Assembly: GCA_964016885.1 (NCBI GenBank)
Contig: OZ024740.1
Location: forward strand, 307,954,001 to 308,018,000
Length of the DNA: 64,000 bases
Direction: 5' to 3'
Source of the DNA: Eledone cirrhosa
Taxonomy: Eukaryota
Part shown: one piece after another, positions 36,900-58,158 of the stretch
How the letters are laid out: every line of letters starts with the position of its first letter
How positions within the stretch are numbered: the stretch's first letter is position 1
Made by a program: the position numbers and the translations under genes
The notes under the pieces: generated by a model
Told to the model about the DNA's origin: nothing
Database searches by the model: none
The model's input: only the letters and a program-made list of their open reading frames with translations

Positions 36900-38600
36900 A
36901 TGTAAGATTTAGTTCTAGTAGTGGCCACAATGAAAGGAATCAAATAAGCTTGGGCAGATCATGAGAATTGTTGTTCCTATGCACTTATCACTGGTTGTGT
37001 GCAGCCTAGCCCAGTATTTCAGGTTCAATGCTGTTGCTGTTTTTGTTCATGTGTTTTTTTTTGTTTATCTGGTTTACAGGGTTGGACTAAATCCTTTTCA
37101 GACCTAAGGCACTTAGAAGATTATGGTGTAGTAGAATAATTCTTTTGGAGAATAACAAATACATTTAACTTAAATAAAATGGTACCCCTTCTTCCCTTGA
37201 TACCTTAAGCATGTGCTTATTTTGTTTTATAGTTAATCCAACCTTGCTGGTCTGTGTGAAAGGGATAATGTTTTTAGGGTAGTATTGCAGTAAATCGTAG
37301 GATGCTGTAGATGTATCTGAGAGTTCACTTGTTATTAGACACTTAACCCTTTAGCATTTAAACCAGCCATATCCAGCCTGCATTCTCTCACCTCTTTCTT
37401 TCTGTTCAAACCAGCCATAACCAGCTGCTCAGCTGCTCATATTTATCTTAAGGTATTGTTCTCAAAATAAATAATATAAAAATCTCATAGATTCGATATT
37501 ATGTGAGATACTTATGTGAAATAAAGTGTTTACCATGAAAATACAATAGTAAATATAGAGTAATAGTAAATGCTAAAGGGTTAATAGGCAAAGACTTTGT
37601 TGGTTGGAGCTTGCTGCAGCAAGAAACTAGCTCTTGCATGTTAAGGTATTCTTTCATTTTACGTATTCTTGATTCATTGTGTAGGTGTTCTGTGGGTATG
37701 GTCTGTGTGCAACCTTTGATAATGTGATGTGGATGCTATTTTGTGATCGTTGCTGTATATTTTAGAAAGATTAGGGACCCCTGTAGGACTAGCATAATCC
37801 ACAATGGACCTGATAAACTGTTCCTTTGTATTGGCCAAATATGATGTCTGTGAGTGTTCTTAGTGATTTTGTGTATGATTTGTTTCGATGCAATGTTTTC
37901 TGTGTGTGTTGTTTGTATTGTAGAGGTACTGTAGGTAATTACTAGTGTTTTTGTCTTCTGTCTGTGTACGATCTTTATGCTTTTCAGGGTGATAGTTTGT
38001 TCTGCTCCATGTTTCTCTATGTTACTATTGAACAATGAGGTGGTTGTTGTTTAGCCATAAGTCAGCTCTGATTCAGCAGACCTATGAACAAAGCTATTCC
38101 AGCCATGACCATCCTGTCCTTTTGTATATTGGAAATTACATTACTTCATGTATCATTCTTTTTCCCCAATGGTAAGGTCTGATATGAGGGTACTACCTTT
38201 TATCTGTTGATAGTGTTCTCTTAGTGGAACTATTATAGTTTTATTTACTGATGCGTGAGTTTGTTGTTAGGTTTGAGGTTGATAGATGGTCAAAGGTAAA
38301 CTGAGGGATTGGCTACCATATGTTTATAGTAGCAAGATATGTGGAGTCTTGTTTTGAGATGAGTTATTGAAGTTAGCCCAGTAAGATCTGTAAAAATACT
38401 GCTATGAATTATTAGAGTAGAAAAAAAGCAATCATTTGTAATGCTCTTCTCATTAGTATTGCTTTTATATCAAGATGTACTGTGTCCATTAAAGTCTCTC
38501 ACAATAACGGTGTTTAAAAGTATGTTCATGCATTATAGTTATGGTATGTAATCTGATGATGTAGTTAATGAGGTTGGTGGTAGTATATCTATATAGGAAT
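36900..38600 (-). mobile_element. Second degraded I/Jockey-like LINE remnant
   Basis: Minus-strand FIRSIVDYASP at ~37780-37820; same compositional skew as 33900-36250; boundaries uncertain. Confidence 0.4.
37343..37584 (+). mobile_element. piggyBac-type MITE
   Basis: TTAA-CCCTTTAGCATTTA...TAAATGCTAAAGGG-TTAA. Confidence 0.9.
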
Positions 38601-39152
38601 ATATATACATATCTGAACTATGTATATATTTATGAGTCAATTTTCTATTGTATTGTGTGTTTAACTTCACTATTATTTAGCTTGTCTTACTGAAGTATAA
38701 CCTAGAATCTCAGTTATTGTTGAGTGAATAAAGGATCCTGTACACAGTCATTGATATGCAAAAATTAGCAAACACATTTTTTTCAAGTTATTCCATAATA
38801 GTTTTAAAAAAGAAAGCCATATTTTAAACAAATGTTGTTGCTGTTACTGCTGTTATCATGACCATCGTAGGTAGGAGTGAGGATAGGTGCTTGTTCTGAC
38901 ACACACTGCATGAGGATAATGGTGGGATCACCATTAGAACTGGTGACCATATAATGCTGGAGTGACCAGAGAAGTTTTCATTCTTGGCAACTTTGTTTAT
39001 ATGGGGTGATACAGCTAGAGATGTTTGAAAAGGGTTTTATTGAAAGTGTACAGTTGGAAGTATAATGGGCAAAAACATAATGGCTTTGTCTGTGGAAGTT
39101 CAACTTACAGACACATCCTAATTGGAGGGTTGGAGGATTCTGTAAAGTTCAA

Positions 39153-39184
<32 letters not shown>

Positions 39185-39239
39185 TTATTATTATTGAGTG
39201 GGTTTGGGGGGCAGAGTCCTCAGATGCAACCATTTCCAA

Positions 39240-39746
39240 ATCATCCTCTATGGCTGTGAAACATGGCCTATGAGGGTAGTCGATCAACGAGGGCTGGAGG
39301 TCTTCGACAATGACTGTCTCCGCCGCATTCTTCGCTGCCGACGCGTTGATCGGGTACCTACCGCCAGTCTTCGTCTTCGCCTGAATCTTCGACCCCTTCC
39401 TTCAGTGCTTCTGCAACGGTGTTTGAGATGGTTTGGTCACGCGGCTCGGCGCCCTGAGGGTGAACTTGTCTACGATGTTCTCCTCCCACCTCCACTCCCT
39501 AACTGGCGCAAGCGTGTTGGCGGGCAGCTGAAGACCTGGGCAACGACGATCAAGGAGGACCTCTCCGAACTCTCAGGTCCGCAGGTGGTCGGCCTGCGGC
39601 GATGGAACCATGACTGGCTCGCTATCTCCAGTGACCTAGCCCGGGACTGTCATGCATGGGCTGCCATGGTTCGGGATGCTGCCAGGACAAGGGAAGAAGC
39701 TGGCTCAACCCGTCCAGGGTGAATGTCGACACAAGTACAAGTAGTA
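39240..39746 (+). mobile_element. GC-rich RTE-clade LINE 3' end (family D) with (ACAAGT)n tail
   Basis: ILYGCETW..LEVFDNDCLRRIL..LRWFGHAARRPEGEL..GGQLKTWATTIKEDL..GLRRW; frame open to the stop at 39722. Confidence 0.9.
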
Positions 39747-39769
39747 CATCTGGATGGATCCCCAAGCAA

Positions 39770-40320
39770 GATCAACCACCCTACTCATGGTTTACCCCCT
39801 GCCAGTTAGCTTTGCCCATAAAATCTGTGCAGCGATTCTTTTCTCAGATATTCTAATCACATGTCTGTAGTACTGGAGCTGTGTTTTTTCAATATGGGGA
39901 AGAGCTATATATCCTATTGAGTAATGTTACTTTAACCCTTTAGCATTTAAACCAGCCATATCCGGCCAGAATTCTCTCATCTCTTTCTGTTCAAACTGGC
40001 CATAACTGGCTACTCATACCTATATTAAGGTATTGTTCTCAAAATAAATAATATCAAAATCTCGTAGATTCGATATTATGTGAGATAATTGTGAAATAAA
40101 GCCTTTGCCATGAAAATACAATAGTAAATATAGAGTAATGTAAATGCTAAAGGGTTAAAGACTCTTTGGAGGAACCCCATTTCAGCCACTTATATTTGTG
40201 ATTGTATTGTTTTGGTCATTATACAAAATTTATGACCATAGGCAAGGGTAAGCATGAACACCAAAGTGAAGTTAGCGAGTTTGGCTTTTACACCTACCCC
40301 AATTCTTCTAATGACTAGTC
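39770..40320 (-). mobile_element. RTE family B fragment interrupted by a piggyBac-type MITE (39932-40158)
   Basis: Homology to 8900-9230; MITE flanked by TTAA. Confidence 0.8.
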
Positions 40321-43311
40321 ACTGAATGTTATGCTTCAACATTTCATGGAAATGTTAGAAAAGCACAACCTTTGTCGATCAAGAAAAAAATGGTGCAAAA
40401 ATATTTCAAAGAAGAATTTTAAAATGATAAAAAATAGAACCAAAATTATTGTTTTCCATTAGATTCAATTTATTTCAGTTGAATGCAGTGATGAGTGCTT
40501 CAAACTGTAATAGAGAAGTGAACCTCATTAACTTGTTCATGTATTTAATTATCTAATTGTCAAGGTCATCAACCATCTTGGTTTCATATTTAGCTTCTGA
40601 GGACTCTAGCATATTGCTTCTCTTGGGACACCCTACAGAGGAACATATCAGCGATGCTACTGGGTTATAAAGTACAAATTATTTTTAGTTGTAGGTGTTA
40701 AACTTTAAGGTCCTGTGAACACTGCTGGGGAATTCCATCACCATTCCCTGAGATAATATTTCAAAGAACTAAGTGAAAATAAAGGCTTGCTTTTATCGTT
40801 GCAACAAATAAATTACTTTCAGACGTGCACATTTTTAGATTTTCCTCTTAATACCTCTTCCGATAATTTTTTTCTTTCTACTTCTTTACCATTAATTTTT
40901 CTTCATCTCTCTTCTGTAACTCTTTCTCTCACTGATTCAGGCTCAATTATTTTAGGGATAAGTCAAGGAGAGCTAACAAAACAATTTTTAACTTTTTCCT
41001 ATCATAACAACTTTTCCCTTTCCTTCCTTGTTTTCCTTCTTTTTCACTATTTTCATATAAAGGAGTGTACTTATTTCAGCTCCCCACCCTAACTGTAACA
41101 TTTGAGTCATAAGTATTTGGCTCCTAGGAGACTAGCAAACACCAGTCTATTTCTAGTTTCTATCACAATTATTGCCATCATTAGCATCAGCACAAGTTCA
41201 AAACCTCTTGCTATCATCTATGTTATCGCTTCCAACAACTATGCACTCCAACATTACTAAATTCACCATCCTTATTCACACTATTATCATTAACTACTGC
41301 TAACAATATAAGCAAATCTACATGTTTCCAGTCATTATATAACTACCCTTTACCATAAACAATTATTGCAATATATTTTTTTTCTTGGAACAATGGACTG
41401 ACCCAAAATGCAACACTTCAGGTCTCTCGCACAGCATACAATCTTATTCTATTTTCTGAATTTTATTAACTGATTTCTGCTGATATAGACCACTACTAAT
41501 TATTTTGAATTTGGTTTTTAATTATTGTTGCATTCAACTTTACTGCTGCATTCAACATTATTGTAGCTTCACTTCCACTACAGTTATTTTACAATTCACC
41601 ATAACATACCAACTCATTCAGTGGATTGGCAGTATCGGTAGAGGGTCATACCCCATGCTTTCCAGCATAGTTACATCCCTTTACAATCTGAGTTCAAATC
41701 CCGCTGAGGTTGACTTTGCCTTTCATCCTTACGGGGTCGATAAAATAAAGTACCAGTAATGCACTGGGTAATTGCTGGCCTAGTGCCTAAAGTAGAAACA
41801 ATTATTACTGCCATTAGATCACATTAGACTATGATTATAATAGCTAGCAGGAAAATGGATGTTAAATAATGATGGTAATGATGATGATGATATCATTCAG
41901 TGAAGAAGCTTCTCCATGGTCACCCAACCTGATAAATATGGTAGCCAAATCTCAAATCACATCTTATTGTCACAAAACAGCAAAGACACATTAGATAATG
42001 TAACCTAAGATAGAAAAAATGGTAGATATGGTCGTAGCTGAAACAGTTTTGATTATAGGTCTGCTTAATCAGAGCTGATTTGAAGCTAAACAACAACATA
42101 GCTTTTATCCATTTATGACTATTGTTGTTATATATTCATACCACTCTGATATACCAATAGTGTAGATACAGTCTACAAACTTCCAATATTGCTCTAGCAT
42201 CCATTCACTGCAATCACATAACAATATCATCTCTATTCTAGTTACCATCAACCATCACTACATGTCTGTACCTCAATAATCTACCACTGTTGCAGCAACT
42301 ACTTGCTACTGTTACATGACTATTGCCAATGCAACCATTCTTTATATACCATCATGTGTCCATATCATCATCACCCACCTTAACCACTATCCTCATGACA
42401 ATGAGTCAGTGAGATAACCTCTGTAAGTTGGCTTGATTTGTTAACAACAGCGACCAAATCTCCCTCAAATCTATCTTAGTATCTTAGAAAAGGATACATT
42501 TGATAATGTAACCATGGGTTCCTTGCACAGAGGAAAAGGGCAGGAAAATCATAATTAAAATGCCTTTGATCATAGGTCTGCTTTCCAGGGTTGACCTGGG
42601 GTTAAACAACAACAACAACAACAGAAGCAGCAGCAATAACAACAATAACAACATTCTCAAGTCCCTATGTGTGGTCTACATTCACTGTGCCATACTGTGC
42701 CAACATATGGACATATGAACAATATGTAAGATGTTCAAAGTAAATACATTATGTCATATTTCACTTTACCTATACCTCCCTATATTTGTCATTCTTTGTT
42801 TCTTTCTCTTTTGTTTATCTCCCTTTCTCTTCTTTAATTCATTTTTTGTCTAATGTGTGTATGTCTCTCTCTGTATGTTTCCCCTCTGTCTGTCTGTTTG
42901 TCTGTTTGTATATGTCTCCTATATTTCTTCCTGTTATTTTTATTTCTCAATCTCCCCCTATTTCTCTCTCCCTTCCTATCTGTATGTTCATAGACATGTC
43001 ACATTCTTTCTTCTCTCATTCTCCCTCAGTATCTCCCCCTATCTTGTTAGTGTGTATATGTGTAAATATCTGTTTATCCTTCTCTCAGACCACAGGGTCA
43101 TTTTTCACTGACACAGAACAGCAGGAGAGTCCAGCATGTACCCAAGTGACTGAGAAGCCTTATAATACTCTGGAATTAAGAATGAGCTAGAAGCTGTGTT
43201 CTAAATATTTCTTGCTCATTCAATTCTCTAGCCCACAGGCACCATACTTAACCCATTTCATACCAAACTGTCCAAAATCCCATCTGGTTCTGAAAAAAAA
43301 AAAAAAATTGT

Positions 43312-43530
43312 CCTTTAGCATTTAAACCAGCTGTATCTGGCTAGAATTCTTTCACCCCTTTCTGTTCAAACTGGCCATGACAAGCCGCTCATACTTATGT
43401 TAAGGTATTGTTCTCAAAATGAATAACATCAAAATCTCATAGATACGATATTAAGTGAGATAATTATGTGAGATAAAGTGTTTACCATGAAAATGCAATA
43501 GTATATATAATGTAAATGTTAAAGGGTTAA
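43312..43530 (+). mobile_element. piggyBac-type MITE nested in another TTAA-CCC element starting at ~43247
   Basis: CCTTTAGCATTTAAACCAG...TAAATGTTAAAGGGTTAA. Confidence 0.8.
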
Positions 43531-43879
43531 AGAGTTCCTAAATAATTCAAAACCTTGTATGTGTGTGTGTTTGTGTTTGTGCATTTCCGTAATGGACACT
43601 TCTGTGAAGAGGGTGTATAACTTTGCTGTTGGTGAATGAGAATGGTTTACAATGTCATTGAAATGTTCAACCTACCATTTAAGAATCTCTTCCTTTGCAA
43701 TGATCAGTATGTACCCATTTGCAGTGGAGAGAAGCAATTATTCTGAAAATGTGAGATCGTAGGCATCTCTTTGGATGCTAGAGCAGATTTTCATGTCATG
43801 TTTCCTTCAGTTATTGATCTCATGTTGCTCCCCACTTTCTTAGGCACACAACTAGAACCCCTCTTGCATAACTCACCCT

Positions 43880-45742
43880 CCTTTGCAAACCAAAATCTGT
43901 TTGTATTGTCTTTATACTTTTCTACATATTAAACAGGTCCACTACTCTGGTGAGATCAGGGCTTTGTCTTCTTTCCTGTTTACCAACACTTTAGTTTTTT
44001 CTAAGTTTACTCTCAGCCCTTTTGATTATAAATTCTGTTTTCACAGTCAGAATATATTTTCTGGTTCTTCTACAGATTTAGCTGTAAGGGCAAGATCATC
44101 TGCATGAAGAATTTCCCATGGACAGCTAGTCTTTAACTCTCTTATGTTCTGAAGAACTATGTTGAAAAGAAGTGGGCTGAGAACCAAACCCTGATGAACT
44201 ACCTGTGCCTTGAATTTCTCACTAAACTGACTTCCTACTCTCACTTTACTGACAGCTAAATATAGTGGCTTATTGGCTATGGACTTCTCTTGTAGTTGTC
44301 TCACTAAAAAGGCATCTGTAGCACTTTTTGTAAACATAAAACTGAACTGCATCTCGTCTAACTAGACTCTTTCCCTAATTAGATGCACTAGAACTCTTTC
44401 CATCACTTTCATAACTTGGTTCATTAGTTTTATTCCTCTATAGTATCACCTTTTTCCCCTTGTAGCAATTTACAATTGTACTGTTTTGCTAGTCATTGCA
44501 TTACCTGATTGACTATGCAGGTTACTAGGTCAGCTCTTACTTTTCCATATACTTATAGCATCTTGGAAACTATCTCTGACAGTCAGGTGGCTTTACCATT
44601 CTTCATCTTGATTTTTGTCTTCCTCTCATTCATTCTCCACATTCACCAGCTTCTCACAGTAACATTTCCAGGCCACTTTATTTTGAGCATCAGTGCTGCT
44701 AAGTGCACCAGTGTCATTTTTAACACACATTCCTCCAACAACACTGACACATTGCCTTACATGGCAGAACACACCACATCTTCGATCCACATGTCTCAAG
44801 ACATTGGCAATCTTTCTTTTTTCAGCCTCTTTCCCAGCTATGTATACCTGTCATCTGGTTTCTCTCTTAGCTATTTCATGCTGGTCTCTGCTACCTTCAT
44901 TTTTCCAGTCTTTTCATGCCTATCTTGGCCTTAATGACTATCCACTGTGCTGGTCATCCTCAACCAGATCATCCTCTATCTAACCGGTGCTTTGCTCCAG
45001 CCACAAGTCTCATCAGTAGTTTGCAATAGGTTGTCACGTAAGAATTTCCAATTTTCCTCTATGCCATATGTATGTATATAACTCATTTCCTCTCTCATCA
45101 TATGCATCTCATAACTCATATTTAACCAAAAAATTATTTAACTTCCATCTTCACATTTCCCTGCATATCTTGTTCCATCTTGCGTTTATTCTGATGTCAC
45201 TACTAACTTGTATTGGGCAGCACATTCTTCTCCAAGGAAGGTCTTAGCATATATTACCATCTGTCTATTTCATTGTCTTACTAGCAAGAAATCAATTTGG
45301 CTAGTGTGTTTGCCTAATTGGGAAGTGATCAGATGGCTAGCCAGTTTCCTGATATTTGTGTTGCAAATGGTTAGTTCATTTGCATCACAGAATTCCAGGA
45401 GTCTCAGCCCCTCTTCATTCCTTGAGCCATAACTTTAGCTGCCGTGAACTCCGGTGAATCCATCCTGGTACTGTCCTACATGTCTATTGAAGTTGCCTGC
45501 CAGAATGATGAGGTCTCTTTCATCAATACCTAAAGTTGTCTGTAAAAGTTCCTCATAAAACCTGACCTTTTGTTCTTTACCCACTCCTGCCCGTGGAGCA
45601 TAGGTAGATGTAATTGTCACCAGTCTATTTCCTAAAGCTATTCTTAGCCTACTCACACTACCTCTGTCACCTTATCTATCCATTTCTCAGCTAGCAGGAT
45701 GCCTACACCCCATTGTACCCCATCCTACCCAGAAAAGTTTGT
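43880..45742 (-). mobile_element. Degenerate RTE family A-related LINE (APE + RT), running into the gap
   Basis: STYAP, ILAGNFNRHVG, MQFSF..KSATDA, SPLLF, ILHADD. Confidence 0.88.
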
Positions 45743-45942
45743 NNNNNNNNNNNNNNNNNNNNNNNNNNNNNNNNNNNNNNNNNNNNNNNNNNNNNNNNNN
45801 NNNNNNNNNNNNNNNNNNNNNNNNNNNNNNNNNNNNNNNNNNNNNNNNNNNNNNNNNNNNNNNNNNNNNNNNNNNNNNNNNNNNNNNNNNNNNNNNNNNN
45901 NNNNNNNNNNNNNNNNNNNNNNNNNNNNNNNNNNNNNNNNNN
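45743..45942. other. Assembly gap (200 N)
   Basis: Run of N. Confidence 1.
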
Positions 45943-46353
45943 ATATCATGTAATTTTTGCAATTTTTACATTTATAAATTTTGGCATCTCTTTTTTAGGG
46001 ACCTCGCATTGTTTACAAAAGTCAACCCTATTAAAATTAATAGGTGTTTCCACGGGCACATCACGTGATAGTAAGCCATTTCGCCTGGCCACCATATCAA
46101 ATGGCCTCGAAGCAGCCTTTAGCGATCGGTGTTTCCACCGAAATGTTCCTATCTAGCTGGAGTTGTTTTTAAGATCTCTGTAGGTCAAGGTCAGATTCTG
46201 CCTACTTCTCTCTAATCATCCTCCAGCCTTCACTCTCTTTTTCCGATCACCCCACTCCATCACACCAATCTAAATATCTTTGCTTTCCATTCGTTCGTTT
46301 CTAGCGTTTGCGTTTCCTTTTATTTTTTTCTTTCCCCTTTTAAGTACACGCAG

Positions 46354-51699
<5,346 letters not shown>

Positions 51700-51744
51700 T
51701 AAACAAATAATGAACAAACAATTCCTTATATTAAACAAAAAAAG

Positions 51745-51902
51745 TTCACTATTTAACGATCGTTTCTAGGGTATATATGTGTTATAATTGGGTATGCATA
51801 TTCAACAGATCTATGTACAAAATTATACAAAATTATACAAATTATCAAGATTAAATATACAATACCTGAACACATATATACGCCGTCTTCAGAAATAATG
51901 AA
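51745..51902 (-). ncRNA. Type I hammerhead ribozyme with long stem II (left arm)
   Basis: TTCATTATTT-CTGAAGA-[CGGCGTATATATGTGTT...AACACATATATACCCTA]-GAAAC-GATC-GTT-AAATAGTGAA; 10-bp stem I, palindromic stem III AACGATCGTT. Confidence 0.75.
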
Positions 51903-52724
51903 GTATATTTATTGATAATAACAACAATTCAAAATATCAGTTCAAAATTGACCAATGAAAACACAAAGGTTAAAAGCAGTTCGGTGTGTGTATATACATG
52001 TAAAATCCTTACACATATTTTACAATAATGTGTGTATAATTTGTATGCGCATACTAAAAAGATGGATGCAAACACAAAATTTCAAGGTTAATATCTCTGT
52101 AAGCTTAATGCGCTGATAAGATGCGCATTGATACTTATGGAGTCAAGCATATAAATATATTTTTTCATACTCACACATATCAGTATAATCACACATACAT
52201 GCGCGTATATGCATAAATATACACATAACCACGAACATACAAACACACACACTCCCCCACTCACATTTATATATGTGGATATAAAATCATAAGCACATAG
52301 AAATTAAGTCACTCACATAAAACACTGGCACACACATTTCAAGATCAAGATACAGAAATTTGGTGGGAGGGGGGGGGAGGGGTCAGTATTCAATTGTCTG
52401 AGCAGACTGCCTAATATAAATGTATCTATAAATTAAGAAAAATAAAAAATAAAACAATAAAATATAATAAATATAATGTACATACACATACAGATATATA
52501 TACACATACATACATGTACGCGCACATAGAGATATTTACGCATACACACATACACACATACATATACAGTCATTACACACACATACACTTACACGAACAT
52601 ACACATACACATATAAAAAGATATATATATACACACACACACGCGCAACACATACACACATACACATAATATATAAAAAATAGATTATAAAGATATACAT
52701 CCATATATATATATATACACACAT

Positions 52725-52769
<45 letters not shown>

Positions 52770-52864
52770 TATACATATACATACACATACATCTAAATAT
52801 ACATACACATACATACACACGTACATGTACATACATGTACATACATATACGCACATCGATATAC

Positions 52865-52906
<42 letters not shown>

Positions 52907-53238
52907 TCACATAGACATAAAGATACATACACACACAACATACATACACACGTATATATATATATATATACATGTACCTTCATACATAGAATTAGATACA
53001 TAATCATACATACATATGCACCTACTTATACTCATATAAATAAATACATACGCTTCCATATATGTGTATATACATAAAAAACAATACCACCTCACCAAAC
53101 TCAGACATACAAATGAAAATAATAATAAAAAAACGCATATGTATATACATACACACACGCATTAATAGAGATATATATATATACACACATACATACACAT
53201 ATATATATATACATACACACACATATATATACACATAC

Positions 53239-53291
<53 letters not shown>

Positions 53292-53295
53292 TAGA

Positions 53296-53334
<39 letters not shown>

Positions 53335-53427
53335 ATATATATCCACACACTCATACCACCATAAATACACATACAAACACCCACATGTATATATATATAT
53401 ATATATCTACATACACACACGTATACA

Positions 53428-53463
<36 letters not shown>

Positions 53464-53625
53464 CACACACATAAAAAACAGACATGCACATATGTATATA
53501 TATATATATTTCATTACTCTTATATATACACGTATTATATATACATACACAACCTCACTTATACACATATACACATAAGTTATATTACAATAATAATAAA
53601 GAATAATATACATATATATATATAC

Positions 53626-53657
<32 letters not shown>

Positions 53658-53776
53658 ATACATACATACACATATATACATACACATAAATATATACATA
53701 CATAAATACACACATACGAATAAAGACATATATTCACACATAGACACCTATATATATATATATATATATATATATC

Positions 53777-53822
<46 letters not shown>

Positions 53823-54885
53823 CACACACACACACACACACAGACACAACACACATACACACTCACATATATATATATATATATATGTGCATGTGAGTGT
53901 GCGCACATACACATATATACACACACACATACAAACACACACAAACACATACATATGCATACGTGCACACACACACACATATAACACATAGATACGAAGA
54001 TAAACATATAAATAGAGAGACATACATATATATACACACAACACATATACACATACATACATACACGCATATACATATACATACATATATACACATATAT
54101 ATATTCCTATATATAGAAGCATACACATACATACACATATATACACATACATACACATATACATACAACACATTCACATACACATACATATATAATACAT
54201 ATATATACATATATATACACATACATATGTATGTACAATCATATATACACACACAATCTTACATTCATATTTGCATGCTCATATATGTATTTTTATATTT
54301 AGATATAAATACCCAAACCTATATAGACACCTACCTACATATATATTCATACATAGACGCTTACAAATACAGATGATAATAGTATGGGGGAAAGGGGGGG
54401 TTTGGAGAAGGGGATCAAAGTAAATATATGTTTCAAGAAACATATAATATTTTCCGTATCTTAACTCAATGTATGTTCTTACATATTTTCAGTGCTAGGA
54501 AATACGAAATCTATGCATCTCAAAATAAATAAGTATACCATTAATCATATGTTAACTAAACCAAAGATAGTCAACATATTGATTTCTAAGGTGTAAATTA
54601 GTTAGGTTTATAATATTTGAAGCAGAATTTTGAAGTCAAACAGTAGTAGATTATTAATTACATTATAACTAAATTAAAGTTAATAACGTTATGGTATCAA
54701 TATTAGGAGATGAATTTAGTAATAGGGAAAAGAAACCCAAATAAAAATAAAATAAAGTATTACATCGGTAGTAGCATATAAATTATATGTTAACTAAATT
54801 AAAAATTATATATTTATTTCAATAGTATACGTTAATTAGTATATGTTAATTAGGTATACAATACATAGAGCAGATATTTTATATA

Positions 54886-55200
<315 letters not shown>

Positions 55201-55207
55201 GTATATA

Positions 55208-55258
<51 letters not shown>

Positions 55259-55261
55259 ATA

Positions 55262-55312
<51 letters not shown>

Positions 55313-55327
55313 GTATATATGTATATA

Positions 55328-55380
<53 letters not shown>

Positions 55381-55399
55381 GTATATATATATGTATATA

Positions 55400-55444
<45 letters not shown>

Positions 55445-55481
55445 GTATATATATATATATATGTATATATATATGTATATA

Positions 55482-55534
<53 letters not shown>

Positions 55535-55673
55535 GTATATATGTATATATATATGTATATATATATATGTATATATATATGTATATATATATGTATATAT
55601 ATATGTATATATATATATGTATATATATATATGTATATATATATACATATATATATATATATGTATATATATG

Positions 55674-55761
<88 letters not shown>

Positions 55762-56262
55762 TGTATAGACTAAGATTTATATGTATACATAGTAATATAA
55801 GTTTATGTGTCTATATTTGTGTGTACATGTGTATAAGGTAATTCCATTAATATTACACAAAGGTTAGTTACGTCATAGTTACGTCCCTTTACGGTCTGAG
55901 TTCAAATCCCGTCGAGGTTAACTTTGACTTTCATCCTTACGGGGTCGATAAAATAAAGTACCAGTAATGTACTGAGTAATTTGCTGGCCTTGTGCCAAAA
56001 GTAGAAACAATTAATATTACACAAAGGTATGTTTGTATACATGTTCAGATGCCTACATGTTTGCATCTCTGAATGTATGTATGTATGTAGATATGGATGG
56101 ATGTACTCACGGACGGATGTATTGTTGGAAAAAATGTCTTGAATCCTGGAAAGAACTCCAAAGAATGAAAACATACATACATGTATGCATATATACATTC
56201 ATACATATCTACATACATACGTACATACATACGTATGTACGTACATTCATACAATATATAGA

Positions 56263-56640
56263 TTAATTTTAATTTAGTTAACCTATAATTATATTCTACT
56301 ATAGATAAAATACAAAATTTTGCTTTAATTATTATAAACCTAATTAACATATACTATAGAAATTAATATATAATTTTTAATTTAGTTAACCTATAATTAA
56401 TATTCTACTACCGATGAAATACTTGATTTGGCTTTCCCTATTACAAAATTCATTTCCTAAAATTGATACCATCATGTTAATATTTTTAATTTAGTTATGC
56501 TATAATTAATACTCTACTACTGTTTTACTTCAAAATTCCGCTTTAAATATTATAAACCTAAGTAGTATACACCTTAGAAATTAATATATTAACTATTTTT
56601 ACTTTAATTAACCTATAATTAATAGTCTACTTATATTAAA
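56263..56640. repeat. Diverged ~110-bp tandem repeat (about 4 units)
   Basis: TTTTAATTTAGTTAACCTATAATTAATATTCTACTA recurs at ~56267, 56374, 56484 and 56597; mirrored at 54530-54830. Confidence 0.75.
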
Positions 56641-56915
56641 ATGCATAATTTAGCCTTCTTTCTTACAAATACCATTTCCTAATACTGACACTACTATGTA
56701 AACACATATTATGATTTAAATGCAGATTAATATTCTACGTTCCTTGAAACCTATATTTACTATTTCCCACTAATAATTTTAATCCCCCCCCCCCCATAAT
56801 TATTCGTATTTGTAAGCGTGGATGTATGTATGTGTATGTAAGTATGTATGTATGTTTGTGTGTTTGCATGTGAGTATAAAAATACATATGTGCGCATGTA
56901 AATAAGTGTGTATGA

Positions 56916-56965
<50 letters not shown>

Positions 56966-57061
56966 GTGTATGTATGTGAATGTATATGTATTTGTAGAGA
57001 TGTGTGTATGTATGTGTATATATGTGCATAATTGTCTGACTGTGTATATTTATTTATTTTT

Positions 57062-57092
<31 letters not shown>

Positions 57093-58158
57093 ATGTATGT
57101 CTCTATATTTATGTATGTCTGAGTGTGTGTGTGTGTGTGGTTGTGTATATTTATACATGGGTATGTGTGTGTATGTATATATACGTATATGTATGTGTGT
57201 GTGTGTAGATATATGTGTATATATATATGTGTGTATATATATATGTGTATATATATATATATATATATGTATGTGTATGTATGTGTGTATGTGTGTGTAC
57301 ATATATGTATATATGTGTGTTGTGTGTATGTGTATATATATATATATATTTGTATATATATATATATATATATCGGTGTGTATTTATATGTATGAGTATA
57401 TGTTTTACTTGGTTTTATGTATATGCATACAAACAGGTTAATATGCGTGAGGTTAAGTATGTGTATGTGTGTGTGTGTACGTATGTATGTATCGAACGTA
57501 TGGATGTGTAAATGTGCGTATGTATATAAGCATGAATATTTTATGTCTCTCTTTTATGTTTTTTTATGTTTTTATTATATTTCTTTTATTATATTTCTTT
57601 TAATTTCTAAATTTATAGATACATTTTTATAAATATGCTGAGTCTGACACCCTCCTTTAACTACTTACTCCCTTACCTCCTTTTAATTCTGCATCTAGAT
57701 GTAAGTGTGTGTGGCCGTGTTTATGTGTGCGCCTCAATATCCATATAGTTATAATAATAATATATACGTATGTGTGTGTGTGTGTATATATGTGTGTGTG
57801 TTCGTAGGTATGTGTGTGTTTATGTATATATGCGTGTGTGTGTGTATGAATGTATGTATATGTGTGTGTATATATGTGTGTATATATATATGTACATGTA
57901 TGTATATTTTGTCTGTGGATTATAAACATACAGAGACATTAGCCCTAAATTTTTATATTTACATACACTTTTTCGACATGCGTATGCATGTGAACATACA
58001 TTTTTATGCATATCTGTGAACGAAGTTACTTACATATATACACACACCTAACTGTATTTTCTTGATGAATTTTTATGTATTTCATTGGTCTATTTAAAAT
58101 ATGTTCCCAAACAGACCTGTAATTTTGAATTGTTGTTATTATCAATAAATATACTTCG

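Noticed and set aside
45687-46156. ORFs spanning the N run
   Set aside because: Gap artefacts
46105-46160. Hammerhead-like GGTG-TTTC-CACC-GAAA-TG-TTC
   Set aside because: No CUGANGA box upstream
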